A DNA stretch of 64,000 nucleotides from an uncultured Lachnospira sp. (GTDB lineage: Bacteria > Bacillota > Clostridia > Lachnospirales > Lachnospiraceae): assembly GCA_944381165.1 (NCBI GenBank), contig CALWKC010000011.1, positions 4,225-68,224 of the forward strand. The letters are read 5' to 3'. Below are positions 38,154-47,556 of this stretch, in pieces. The stretch's first letter is position 1. Every line of letters starts with the position of its first letter. A model generated the notes under the pieces. The model saw only the letters and a list, made by a program, of their open reading frames with translations, did not search any database and was not told the DNA's origin. Position numbers and translations under genes: made by a program.

Positions 38154-38471
38154 AATAAAAACCTCCTTTCCTCCTAAAATACTTTTTAATTTTTTCTGAT
38201 AAGGACAATATGCAAAGGTGGCATACCTGCATATATATCCGGCTGATGCAGTGTTGTTTGTTGTTTTAGTTCAAGTATATCCAAAAATGGAGAAATTATA
38301 CAAAACATGAGTGATTTTATACTAAATAACTTTAAAAATAAAACACACATAAATAATAACACTCATGATAAAATAAATATTATAAGTATATTATGTTAAA
38401 AAAATAACAATAGTATGTTGTATTTTTTAAATCAGAGAGTATAATTATATGTCAGAAAAGGGTATAACTCT

Positions 38472-38846
38472 ATGAAAGAAGGAATAATTATGTTATTTGA
38501 AAAAAAGACACCCGAAGAAAAAATGGAAAAGCTTGTACATAAAAGGGAGTGGGCACGGCTTGCGGAATATGTGTACGGCAGCCGGGAGACAAAACTCGCT
38601 CTGGCGCAGGCTCTGGCAGGCTCTGACGACAGCAGCTGCATAGATATTCTGCTTCGTCTTGCAGATGCGGCGATTGCCTCTGGGGAGGATGATGTTATGA
38701 CAGCAACCTGCGAGACCCTTAAGAAAGTAGGAAATGACCATGTTACGGCTGATTTGCGTGAAATTATGCTAAAACTTCCAAAGGAAAAGGAAGCATTAAA
38801 AGAAGAAATCAGCTCAACTATACAGATACTTCACAAGAAACCTTGA
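38472..38846 (+). CDS. Hypothetical protein, helical-repeat (HEAT-like) appearance
   Basis: ORF with a plausible ATG at 38490 after GAAGGA. No recognisable motif. Confidence 0.4.
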   Translation: MKEGIIMLFEKKTPEEKMEKLVHKREWARLAEYVYGSRETKLALAQALAGSDDSSCIDILLRLADAAIASGEDDVMTATCETLKKVGNDHVTADLREIMLKLPKEKEALKEEISSTIQILHKKP

Positions 38847-38958
38847 TTAAAGGCGATAAGTCGGTTTTCAGCACGGACGGAGAATTAAGGTTGAGAAATA
38901 TTTATGCCGGATAAAGCCGGCAGAAGTAGATACGATGCCGTTTCGGCGGCAGGATTAT

Positions 38959-38990
38959 ATACCGCGCTGTTTGCAGCGCGGTATTCTTTA
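38959..38990 (+). terminator. Rho-independent terminator
   Basis: ATACCGCGCTG - TTTG - CAGCGCGGTAT followed by TCTTTAT. Confidence 0.65.
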
Positions 38991-39093
38991 TATGGAGGGA
39001 AAATCTGTGTTTTAATTCCGGCAATTAGATTTGACTCTGTCATGGATAAATAATGTTTTGTATATTTTTTGTTTAAAATTAATTTATATGGTA

Positions 39094-39122
39094 TTGACAT
39101 TTGAAATATAAAGTGATACTAT
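39094..39122 (+). promoter_or_regulatory. Candidate promoter of the Tad/Flp locus
   Basis: TTGACA (39094-39099), 17-nt spacer ending in TG, TACTAT (39117-39122), about 190 nt upstream of ATG 39317. Confidence 0.5.
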
Positions 39123-39316
39123 ACATATACAGCAAATAAGTATACAATTTGCTGAAACTATTTCTGATCCTGTTATCACACGTCCGTATATTACGGCAGT
39201 CTGTACTGTATGCGTCTTAATGTTTGTAAGTCTGATTATATCCCGTTTTTAAAGTTTAATTATTAAACATAACTTGGAGATTTTGACAATTAAAAATTTT
39301 ATATATCAGGAGGCGT

Positions 39317-39790
39317 ATGTATTTTTGGGGAACAGTGCGCGTTTTGGCGCTGGCGGTAATTATGACTGCGGCCGTAATTGACGATTTGCGAAGATATAAG
39401 GTGTCTAATAAAATTATAGCTTACGGACTTGCGGTGTCATGTGTGATTACAGGAATTGAGGGAAGTATGGAAGGAGGAATTGACAGATACATATTTGGAG
39501 GTGCTGCGGGCTTTGTGATTATGCTCACAGCATATTTTACCGGTGCTGTGGGGGCGGGTGACGTCAAGCTGGCGGCTGTGTGCGGACTTCTGCTGGGAGT
39601 GTTTTGTGTCTGTGAAATGCTCATGTGGTCGTTTGTTTTGGGAGGAGCAGCCGGTATTTGTGGAATTCTGAGAGGTCACTGTCAGGAAAAACAGTGCGGG
39701 CGCTTCAGGCTTCACTGCATACATTTCAGCGCTGCCATGGCGGCAGCGTGTGCAGCATTAGTTATCAGAAAGAGTATTATGGGAGGTTAG
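39317..39790 (+). CDS. A24-family prepilin peptidase (CpaA/TadV-like), copy 1
   Basis: SD AGGAGG. Two catalytic Asp contexts, AAVIDDLRRYKV and GAVGAGDVKLAAVCG. Polytopic, 157 aa. Confidence 0.8.
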   Translation: MYFWGTVRVLALAVIMTAAVIDDLRRYKVSNKIIAYGLAVSCVITGIEGSMEGGIDRYIFGGAAGFVIMLTAYFTGAVGAGDVKLAAVCGLLLGVFCVCEMLMWSFVLGGAAGICGILRGHCQEKQCGRFRLHCIHFSAAMAAACAALVIRKSIMGG

Positions 39791-40789
39791 ATGTTGAACA
39801 GGACGTGTGCCATATATGACAATAATCAGAATTACGCAAGAAGGCTTATGAACGCAATGAGCAGGAAAGCTAATCAGCAGTTTAATATAGAGCTGTTTAC
39901 GCAGAGGGATGCATTTGAGAGATACCTTTCGGAGGATGAACCGGCGGTTGCAATGGTCAGCGAGGCAGGATACTTTGATGAGCTTAGGGATGTATATTCG
40001 GGAAATCTTATAGTACTTACTGAGGAACAGCAGCAGGATAATCTGCAATTTGGGGATAACGCGGTTGCGGTTTACAGGTATCAGCCAATGGATATCATAT
40101 ACCGTGAGGTACTTGAGCACAGTGATTTAAGACCCAAAGGAAGACTGGATACTATTGATATTATCGGTGTTTACTCTCCGGTGAATGTTTTGCCTAAGAC
40201 GGCGTTTTCACTGAACGTGGCAAAGGTTTTGAGCGAGAGGTATAAGGTTTTATATATCAATTTTGAAGAGTTTTCCGGACTGGATGAAATTCTGTGCGCT
40301 CGTGATGACGTCACTTTATCGGACGCTTTGTATTATTTCAGGCAGGGAAAGCAGGCGGCAAAGGATAAGATACTCAAGACCATTCAGACAGTTGAAGGAG
40401 TGGATTATATACCTCCCGTAATGTGTGCTGAAGACATTTCATACATTGAGCCGGAGGAAATGGCAGCGTTTGTTGAGTGTGCGGGCAAAGGGGGTCACTA
40501 TGAGACAGTTGTTCTTGACTTATCATCGGCGTTAAGACAGCCGTGGCGTCTTATGGAGTGCTGCACTTCCATATTTATGCCGATAAAAAACGATTACTTA
40601 TCGGAAAGAAAGATTTTTGAGTTTGAGACGTATTTTTGCAGTATAGGTCTGGCAAAGGTTTTGGGACTTATTGAAAAAGTAAGGCTCCCCGAGGGAGAGA
40701 GCGGTATTGATACTGATTTCTGGAACAAAATAAAAATCGGAGGCATGTATCGATTTGTAAAGAAAATATTGGAAAAGAATAATATCTGA
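39791..40789 (+). CDS. TadZ/CpaE-like protein: receiver-like N-terminus plus a ParA/MinD-like domain lacking a P-loop
   Basis: Sits between the peptidase and TadA. IIGVYSPVNVLPKTAFSLNVAKVLSERYKVLYINFEEF occupies the place of the deviant Walker A (KGGxGKT) and Walker B Asp. Confidence 0.6.
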   Translation: MLNRTCAIYDNNQNYARRLMNAMSRKANQQFNIELFTQRDAFERYLSEDEPAVAMVSEAGYFDELRDVYSGNLIVLTEEQQQDNLQFGDNAVAVYRYQPMDIIYREVLEHSDLRPKGRLDTIDIIGVYSPVNVLPKTAFSLNVAKVLSERYKVLYINFEEFSGLDEILCARDDVTLSDALYYFRQGKQAAKDKILKTIQTVEGVDYIPPVMCAEDISYIEPEEMAAFVECAGKGGHYETVVLDLSSALRQPWRLMECCTSIFMPIKNDYLSERKIFEFETYFCSIGLAKVLGLIEKVRLPEGESGIDTDFWNKIKIGGMYRFVKKILEKNNI

Positions 40790-40812
40790 CGTACATACAG
40801 AGAGGGTGAGTT

Positions 40813-42075
40813 ATGGAGAGAGAGCGTTCAGAAAACGGGCTCAGAGAGTATTCTGAAAGAATAAAGAAAAGGGTATATGACAGGCTTGATATGACAGGCG
40901 AGATAGAGGATGTGCAGTTAAAAAACATCATCGGAGAGTGCGTACAGGAAGAAAGCGGATTATATATGATTTCAATACGTGAAAAGGAGGAGCTGGAGGA
41001 AACTTTATTTAATGCAATAAGAAGACTGGATGTGCTTCAGGAGCTCCTGGAGGACGATACCATTACAGAGATAATGATTAACGGACAAAGTGACATTTTT
41101 CTTGAGAGAGACGGGAAAATTACGCGCTGGGACAAAACCTTTGAAAACGAGACCAGACTGGAGGATATTGCCCAGAAAATTGCAGCTCTTTCAAATAAAA
41201 TTGTCAATGCATCTGTACCTATCGCAGATACAAGACTTGGAGACGGCTCAAGAGTGAGTATAGTTCTTCCGCCTGTTGCGCTGAATGGTCCTGTTATAAC
41301 GATAAGAAAGTTTTACAGAGAGCCGCTGACAATGGAAAAGCTTATAGGCTTGAATTCAATCACAAGGGAGGCGGCAGAGTTTCTTGAATATGCCGTAAGG
41401 GCAAAATACAACATATTTATATCAGGAGGGACAGGGAGCGGTAAGACTACTTTCCTGAATGCGCTCTCAGGATTTATACCGAAGGATGAGAGGGTTATTA
41501 CAATAGAGGACTCAGCCGAGCTTCAGATAGAGCATGTCGAAAATCTTGTAAGACTGGAGGCGAGAGATGCAAACATAGAAGGGAAAAATGCCGTAAAAAT
41601 AAGAGACCTGATAAGAGCAAGCCTTAGAATGCGTCCGGACAGAATTATAGTAGGGGAGGTCAGAGGTGAGGAAACTTTGGATATGGTTCAGGCTATGTCT
41701 ACCGGACATGACGGAAGCTTATCTACCGGACACGGAAACAGTCCGAAGGATATGGCTGCAAGACTTGAGACAATGATTTTAATGGGAATGGATATGCCTG
41801 TATCTGCTATTCGCCAGCAGTTGTCGTCTGCGATAGATATTATAGTGCATCTGGGGAGACTCAGGGATAAGACGAGGAGAGTATTACAGATTGTGGAAAT
41901 TAAAGGAATTAATAAAGGGGAAATTGAGTTTAACACGTTATTTGAGTTCAAGGAGACGGGTGAAAAAGAAGGCAGAATCACAGGAAGTCTCACCGCTTCA
42001 GGCAGAGGTCTTGTCAACTGTGAAAAGATGTATGCTGCAGGTTTTAGAATGGGTACAGCGCAGCATACAATTTAA
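40813..42075 (+). CDS. tadA: TadA/CpaF-type secretion ATPase
   Basis: Walker A SGGTGSGKTT, Walker B PDRIIVGEVRGEE, His box GHDGSLSTGH. Confidence 0.9.
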   Translation: MERERSENGLREYSERIKKRVYDRLDMTGEIEDVQLKNIIGECVQEESGLYMISIREKEELEETLFNAIRRLDVLQELLEDDTITEIMINGQSDIFLERDGKITRWDKTFENETRLEDIAQKIAALSNKIVNASVPIADTRLGDGSRVSIVLPPVALNGPVITIRKFYREPLTMEKLIGLNSITREAAEFLEYAVRAKYNIFISGGTGSGKTTFLNALSGFIPKDERVITIEDSAELQIEHVENLVRLEARDANIEGKNAVKIRDLIRASLRMRPDRIIVGEVRGEETLDMVQAMSTGHDGSLSTGHGNSPKDMAARLETMILMGMDMPVSAIRQQLSSAIDIIVHLGRLRDKTRRVLQIVEIKGINKGEIEFNTLFEFKETGEKEGRITGSLTASGRGLVNCEKMYAAGFRMGTAQHTI

Positions 42076-42154
42076 ATCGATTAAAAGAGAAACCGTAAAA
42101 AAACAAAATTCCAAACATAAAGCTGGTATATGCAGCCGCTTATTGTGGGCAGCA

Positions 42155-42838
42155 ATGGGTGCTGTACAGATGACTGCTGCCGCATGGCTGTTTTATGATA
42201 ATATTCTTGCTGTGCTTTTAATGAGTCCATGGCTTTATTTCTATATAAAAGAAAAAAGCAGACAATATTATTCTTTAAAAAAGCATGAATTAACAACACA
42301 GTTTAAGGATGCTGTGACAGCAGTTTCATTTTCGCTGAACGCCGGATATTCTGTTGAGAATGCATTTGTTGAAGCGCTGAAGGAGTTAAAGCTGTTATAT
42401 GGTCAGAAAGCAGAGATAGTCAGAGAGTTTTCAGAAATTGCGAGAAGGCTTCAAAATAATGAGAATATTGAGGAAGTTTTATCCTCGTTTGCGTCTGAAA
42501 GCGGCGTTTCCGATATAATTTATTTTTCTGAAGTGTTTCAGTACGCAAAAAGGAGCGGAGGAGATTTAGTATCCATAATAAGGAATACGGCTAATACAAT
42601 CAGGGCCAAGATTGAGCTGCAGGAAGAAATTTATACAACGATAAGCGGCAAGAAAATGGAGCAGAGAATTATGGGGATAATGCCGTTTGCAATGATTGCC
42701 TACCTGAGGCTTACATCACCCGAATTTATAAGCTCTGTTTACGGCAATGCGGCAGGTACGGCGGTGATGAGTGTCTGCCTTTGCGTATATTTGGCGGCTG
42801 ACAAAATGGCAAAAAGGATTGTAAATATTGAAATTTAA
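42155..42838 (+). CDS. TadB-like type II secretion system F-family membrane protein
   Basis: The ORF opens at 41891 inside tadA. The first ATG after the tadA stop is 42155 (in-frame ATT 42080 and TTG 42143 are alternatives). T2SS-F type helical domain and TM segments. Confidence 0.65.
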   Translation: MGAVQMTAAAWLFYDNILAVLLMSPWLYFYIKEKSRQYYSLKKHELTTQFKDAVTAVSFSLNAGYSVENAFVEALKELKLLYGQKAEIVREFSEIARRLQNNENIEEVLSSFASESGVSDIIYFSEVFQYAKRSGGDLVSIIRNTANTIRAKIELQEEIYTTISGKKMEQRIMGIMPFAMIAYLRLTSPEFISSVYGNAAGTAVMSVCLCVYLAADKMAKRIVNIEI

Positions 42839-44075
42839 TAAGTTGAAAACAGATAAAAATACACGAAAAATTATTACTGCTTTGATAATAACCGTGTCTG
42901 CTGCTGCGGCTGCCTGTTTTCTTTATACTGAAAACAGGAAAATAACAAGTGAAGATTTAAAAAGACCAGATTACGGCGAGATTTCAAAACAGCTTCCTGT
43001 AAGCGTTTATGCGGACGGTCTGTCTGAGAAAATAGATACGGATATAGAGATAATTCCCAAAATATATTCTCCTGAGCAGGTAGAGCAGTTATTTTTGCAG
43101 ACATATGAAGAACTCCGTCAGATAATTTTAAAGGATAACAGTTCTCTTATGGATGTGAAATCGGATTTAAATTTAGTGGAAAGTTTGGACGGCAATCCTG
43201 TCAGTATCCAGTGGTTTTCAAGCAATTATGATTTAATCGGATATGACGGAAGCGTTAATATTGACAGTTTAGGCGATAACAGGGAAATGGAAGCTGTTCT
43301 TACGGCACAGCTTGAATATCGGGAGTATAAAAGTGTGTATGAAATAAGAGTTGTTGTGAACGCGCCTGAGATTTCCGAAAATGAACGTATCAGCGGCTAT
43401 ATTGAAAGTGAGGTTTCAAGAGCACAAACGTCGGGTAACGGTGATTACATACAGCTTCCGGGTGAGATTGACGGAAGAAAAATAACATATGAAAAACGCA
43501 GTGATTTAAATGTTCCGGCTGCGATTATAATAATGGGGGCAGGAGCTGTGTTTTGTATTTTTTACGCTGACAGACAAAAAAAGAAAAAGTGTGAACAGGA
43601 AAGGCAAAGACAGCTTAAAAGCGACTATTCGGAGATGATTACCAAGCTAACGCTTTTAATCGGAGCAGGTATGACGGTGAGAATGGCATGGGAGAAGATT
43701 GTGTATGATTATCAGTGCCAGAAAAAGTCAGGAAGGGTAAAAATGAGATACGTATACGAGGAGATGAATGAAAGTCTGGTGCAGTTAAAAAGAGGGATGT
43801 CGGAACAGGCTGTATATGAGCGTTTCGGAGTAAGGTGCCGGATACGGGAGTATATGAAATTCAGTTCATTGCTGATTCAGAATTTGAAAAAAGGAACAAG
43901 GGAACTTACGGGGCTATTGGAGCTTGAGGCTATTGATGCATTTGAGGAGAGAAAAAATCAGGTTAAAAAATACGGTGAGGAGGCAGGGACAAGACTTCTT
44001 GTTCCTATGGTAATTATGCTTATCGTGGTAATGGTAATTATTATGTTCCCTGCAATTATGACATTTACAGTATAA
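42828..44075 (+). CDS. TadC-like T2SS-F family membrane protein with a ~230-aa N-terminal extracytoplasmic extension
   Basis: N-terminal TM segment, mid TM segment AAIIIMGAGAVFCIFY, then a T2SS-F-like C-terminus ending LLVPMVIMLIVVMVIIMFPA. Confidence 0.65.
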   Translation: MKFNKLKTDKNTRKIITALIITVSAAAAACFLYTENRKITSEDLKRPDYGEISKQLPVSVYADGLSEKIDTDIEIIPKIYSPEQVEQLFLQTYEELRQIILKDNSSLMDVKSDLNLVESLDGNPVSIQWFSSNYDLIGYDGSVNIDSLGDNREMEAVLTAQLEYREYKSVYEIRVVVNAPEISENERISGYIESEVSRAQTSGNGDYIQLPGEIDGRKITYEKRSDLNVPAAIIIMGAGAVFCIFYADRQKKKKCEQERQRQLKSDYSEMITKLTLLIGAGMTVRMAWEKIVYDYQCQKKSGRVKMRYVYEEMNESLVQLKRGMSEQAVYERFGVRCRIREYMKFSSLLIQNLKKGTRELTGLLELEAIDAFEERKNQVKKYGEEAGTRLLVPMVIMLIVVMVIIMFPAIMTFTV

Positions 44076-44113
44076 AAATAATGCATCTTAAAGGTACAGG
44101 AGGGAGGTTGCTT

Positions 44114-44296
44114 ATGGGATTAAATATAAAAGCTAAAATAAAAAACTTTCTTTGCGATGAGAGCGGAATGGGTGTGGTAGAGATTGTTTTAATTATTATT
44201 GTTCTTGTTGGACTTGTCATTTTATTTAAAAAGCAGATTACAGGTCTTGTAAATACTCTTTTATCTAAAATGAGCAGTCAGGCAAAACAGATATAG
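44114..44296 (+). CDS. flp: Flp-family type IVb pilin precursor (60 aa)
   Basis: SD GGAGGGAGG 7 nt before ATG 44114. FLCDESGMGVVEIVLIIIVLVGLVILF has a Gly followed by Glu at +5 and a hydrophobic helix. Confidence 0.75.
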   Translation: MGLNIKAKIKNFLCDESGMGVVEIVLIIIVLVGLVILFKKQITGLVNTLLSKMSSQAKQI

Positions 44297-44306
44297 GTAT
44301 ATAAAG

Positions 44307-46484
44307 ATGAAGCCAAGAGGATATGGTTTACAGGGTCAGATTACAGTTTATGCTGCGTTATCTTTATCTCTTGTTATTTCATTAGTGTGTATATGTATAC
44401 AATCTGTTCAGGTCTCGTTGATATATTCAGAGCTTGATATGGCAGTCAGACTTTCTGTTGAGTCGGTTTTTGCAGGATATATGAACGATATGCTTAAAGA
44501 GTTTGATGTAATGGTTTTGGGAGAGGAGCAGGGCTGTGATGAAAAGCTTCAATATTATGTAAAGTTTAATACAGAAAATATATGCGGAAAAGAAAACATA
44601 AAATATATGAATGCTCAAATTTCCGGACGCAGTTACATGACAGATTATGGAGGAGATGCATTAAAACAGCAGGCTCTTGAGTATATGAAATATGCAGAAG
44701 CTTCAAATATAGCCGCGTCAATTATGGATATAGAAAAAGAGACAAAAAAATCACAGTGTATTAACGAAGTTGTGCAGGATATTCAAAATGTCGAGGAACA
44801 GCTTGTTTATATGGATGAGCTTACACTGGAGCTTATAAGCCTTGTTGAGGGAATAAAGACGGATAAGAACGGAATTATTATAAGGGACGGAAAACCTGCA
44901 ATATCAGGAGATTATTTTGCCAAGGCAGTAATAATGGGACCGTTGTCGCCGCAAACAGCAGCGGTTGACCACGAAGCTGTGTATAAATCGGTATCCGGTA
45001 TGGGAAGTTTGTATACAGATGTTTCTAAAATAATTGAAGATATGAGGGATAATATCAGTTTATTTGAAGAAACAGGAGAAGTCTCTGTTCAGAACGCATA
45101 TAAAAATAACTTTGAAAAGCTGAAAAACACAGTAACGTCAGTTTTGAAAAAAACAGAGGAAGCATTCAGCTTAATCAAATTATATGAGAGTAAAAGGGAT
45201 CAAAGGTCAAACGGAATAGATAAATGCATATCAAAGCTGTTAAGCAACAGAGAGCTTTTGGGTGATGAGCTGTGCGATACTATGGTATCTGATTTTAAAG
45301 ACATGAACAGTGAAGCAAACAGAAATGAAATGTGCAATATCTCGTTTATGCGAACGGGACTTGAAAATAACTATCGTATATTAAGCAATGCAAACAGTCT
45401 GCTTGAGTGTCTTGATGTTTCTCTGTCGGAGTCAAAGTCGGGTGAAAACGCAGAGAATATAAGAATATTTGAGGAAAGTTTACACGGCATAAGCAACACG
45501 CTTTTAAAATTTAACTATGATGATATTGATTTTGGAGCTTCTGAAAATAAGCTTGGACAGATAAAAAAACTGAAAAATTTATTGACTCAGGGAATTTCGG
45601 AAATTGTGCTGGAGGGCATAGAAGTGTCCGACAGACAGTTCGAATATCAGGGATTGGCGGAAAATTTTATTTCAGAAGGCATTTCAGATATATCAAAAAC
45701 ATCAGATAAAGATAATGAAAGCAACAGCTATAAACAAAATTACGCACAAAGCGCAAAGGATTTGTTTATGTATTGTGAATATATTATAGAACATTTTCCG
45801 TGTTTTATGGATAAAAATGAATGGAGTTCCATATTTTATCCGTTGGAATATATTATTGCCGGCAGTCACAGTGACAGAGAAAATATAAACAGTATAGTTA
45901 TAAAGCTTTCGTTTATAAGAGAAGGAATTAATATGTCTCATCTGCTTCTTGACAGTAAAAAAAGAAGCGAGGCTTTTGTTCTGGCAAGTTCTTTGGTCGG
46001 GTTTACAGGAAACGCGGCAGTGATAAAAGCAGCGCAGTATTTGATTATGGGAGTTTGGGCATATGGGGAAAGTCTTATGGATGTAAGGAGGCTGTATAAA
46101 GGGGAAGAACTTCCGATTATAAAAACCGCATCGGACTGGAAAATGTCACTGGACAATCTGTTTGCTATGAATTTTGACAATGACGGATTTGAAGATATGG
46201 ACACGGAAAATGTGAAAGACAGAGGGAGGCTGCAAAGGCTTTCAGAGGGAAAAATGAATTACCTTGATTACCTTGAGATGCTTCTTATGTCAGTGGGAGA
46301 TAAAGAAAAAAATTACAGGGCAATGACGGCTATGGAACTTAAGATGATTTCAATGGGACACTCTGATTTCAGAATGAGAAGCCAGATATATGAGGCTGTG
46401 GGAACGGTTACCGTTGAGTTAAAAAAGAAAAATAATATTGCATCGGGAGTTTATGAAAAAACAGTGAATTACGGATACATATAG
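44307..46484 (+). CDS. Large (725 aa) protein with a TadE-like N-terminal segment; function unknown
   Basis: N-terminus LQGQITVYAALSLSLVISLV matches the xTV(E/Y) + hydrophobic pattern of the two TadE-like genes downstream. No other motif recognised. Confidence 0.55.
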   Translation: MKPRGYGLQGQITVYAALSLSLVISLVCICIQSVQVSLIYSELDMAVRLSVESVFAGYMNDMLKEFDVMVLGEEQGCDEKLQYYVKFNTENICGKENIKYMNAQISGRSYMTDYGGDALKQQALEYMKYAEASNIAASIMDIEKETKKSQCINEVVQDIQNVEEQLVYMDELTLELISLVEGIKTDKNGIIIRDGKPAISGDYFAKAVIMGPLSPQTAAVDHEAVYKSVSGMGSLYTDVSKIIEDMRDNISLFEETGEVSVQNAYKNNFEKLKNTVTSVLKKTEEAFSLIKLYESKRDQRSNGIDKCISKLLSNRELLGDELCDTMVSDFKDMNSEANRNEMCNISFMRTGLENNYRILSNANSLLECLDVSLSESKSGENAENIRIFEESLHGISNTLLKFNYDDIDFGASENKLGQIKKLKNLLTQGISEIVLEGIEVSDRQFEYQGLAENFISEGISDISKTSDKDNESNSYKQNYAQSAKDLFMYCEYIIEHFPCFMDKNEWSSIFYPLEYIIAGSHSDRENINSIVIKLSFIREGINMSHLLLDSKKRSEAFVLASSLVGFTGNAAVIKAAQYLIMGVWAYGESLMDVRRLYKGEELPIIKTASDWKMSLDNLFAMNFDNDGFEDMDTENVKDRGRLQRLSEGKMNYLDYLEMLLMSVGDKEKNYRAMTAMELKMISMGHSDFRMRSQIYEAVGTVTVELKKKNNIASGVYEKTVNYGYI

Positions 46485-46587
46485 TTTTGGGAATATTATC
46501 ACAGCCGGACTTTTTTGCTGCCGGAGCGGGTCATTGTTATAGAGAATAAATAAAAATTAAAAATAATCAGGACAGGCGGAAAAATAA

Positions 46588-47493
46588 ATGTGTGAACTGA
46601 CAATGATTCATCACGCCAAATTAAATAAAATCAAAGTTAAGAACAGAGATTATAATATGCACGGCAGAAAATTGTCCGTCATCAGTATTTTCGGCAGCAA
46701 AAAGGTTTATTTGCCGGCGTCGGCGACTGTGGAAGCCTCATTGGTTATACCGATTTATATTTATGCGGTTCTTGCAGTTATGTATATTATGCAGATTTTA
46801 AGCGTAAAAAGTGATATGGACAGAGCTGTTTACAATGCGCTTCGCTCTATGTCAAAGCATGCGTATATGTATGAAAATGATAATGCAGTTTTTTCACAGC
46901 AGGAAATGTATTTGCGGATTGTATATGAACTTGGGGCGGAATATGCAAACAGACATAATATTGTGGGCGGAAATGCGGGAATTGTTATATTGCAGGAAGC
47001 TTCAGAAGGAAATGGCAGCGAAATCAAATTTTCACTGAGCTATGCAGTAAAAAATCCTTTTAACATATTCGGCCTCGGAGTTTTCAGTATTAATCAGAAG
47101 TTCTGCGCAGAGGCATGGCTTGGGCAGGAATACGCAAAAAAGTGGAAAAATGATAAGCAATCGGAAAACATGGTTTATATTACGTCACAGGGGACGGTTT
47201 ACCACAAAAGCAGAGACTGCAGAACAATAAATATAAAAATTGAGACGGTCAGTTCAGCGGATTTGGAGCATTGTAGAAACAGCTCGGGAGCAAAGTATTA
47301 TCCATGTGAGAGGTGCGGAAATTCCGGAAAGCAAGAAAATTATTTGCAGACAGACCAAATTTATATTACAGATTACGGTGACAGATATCATTTTGATATA
47401 AATTGCAGCGCCCTGAAAAGAACAGTGTTTGAAATTCCTTTTTCTGCTGTTGGAGAGAGAGGTGCGTGTAAAATATGCAGTCAGTCAATATAA
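46588..47493 (+). CDS. TadE-like pseudopilin with two C-terminal Cys-containing modules
   Basis: ASATVEASLVIPIYIYAVL (TadE-type N-terminus). Modules VYITSQGTVYHKSRDC...YYPCERCG and IYITDYGDRYHFDINC...GACKICS. The start could be ATG 46588, 46603 or 46657. Confidence 0.6.
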   Translation: MCELTMIHHAKLNKIKVKNRDYNMHGRKLSVISIFGSKKVYLPASATVEASLVIPIYIYAVLAVMYIMQILSVKSDMDRAVYNALRSMSKHAYMYENDNAVFSQQEMYLRIVYELGAEYANRHNIVGGNAGIVILQEASEGNGSEIKFSLSYAVKNPFNIFGLGVFSINQKFCAEAWLGQEYAKKWKNDKQSENMVYITSQGTVYHKSRDCRTINIKIETVSSADLEHCRNSSGAKYYPCERCGNSGKQENYLQTDQIYITDYGDRYHFDINCSALKRTVFEIPFSAVGERGACKICSQSI

Positions 47494-47556
47494 GTGTTTT
47501 AGGAGGAAAAAATAACGGAAAATATTTTATTAATTTTATCACTGATTGTTTTATCG

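Noticed and set aside
38154-38240. A possible forespore (sigma-G/F type) promoter upstream of yaaL. GCATA is present on the minus strand about 55 nt before the start.
   Set aside because: I could not find a convincing -10 element at the correct spacing, so the evidence is too weak to list as a feature.
38885-39100. The 71-aa minus-strand ORF in the spacer before the Tad locus.
   Set aside because: It spans a + strand terminator hairpin and the candidate Tad promoter, and it has no SD or recognisable motif. It is most likely non-coding spacer.
41891-42154. The ORF-track start at 41891 for the TadB-like gene, which would overlap the tadA 3' end by 185 nt.
   Set aside because: The overlapped part is a K/R-rich out-of-frame reading of tadA. 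The TadB-like hydrophobic domain begins only after the tadA stop, so a start at or near 42155 is more plausible.
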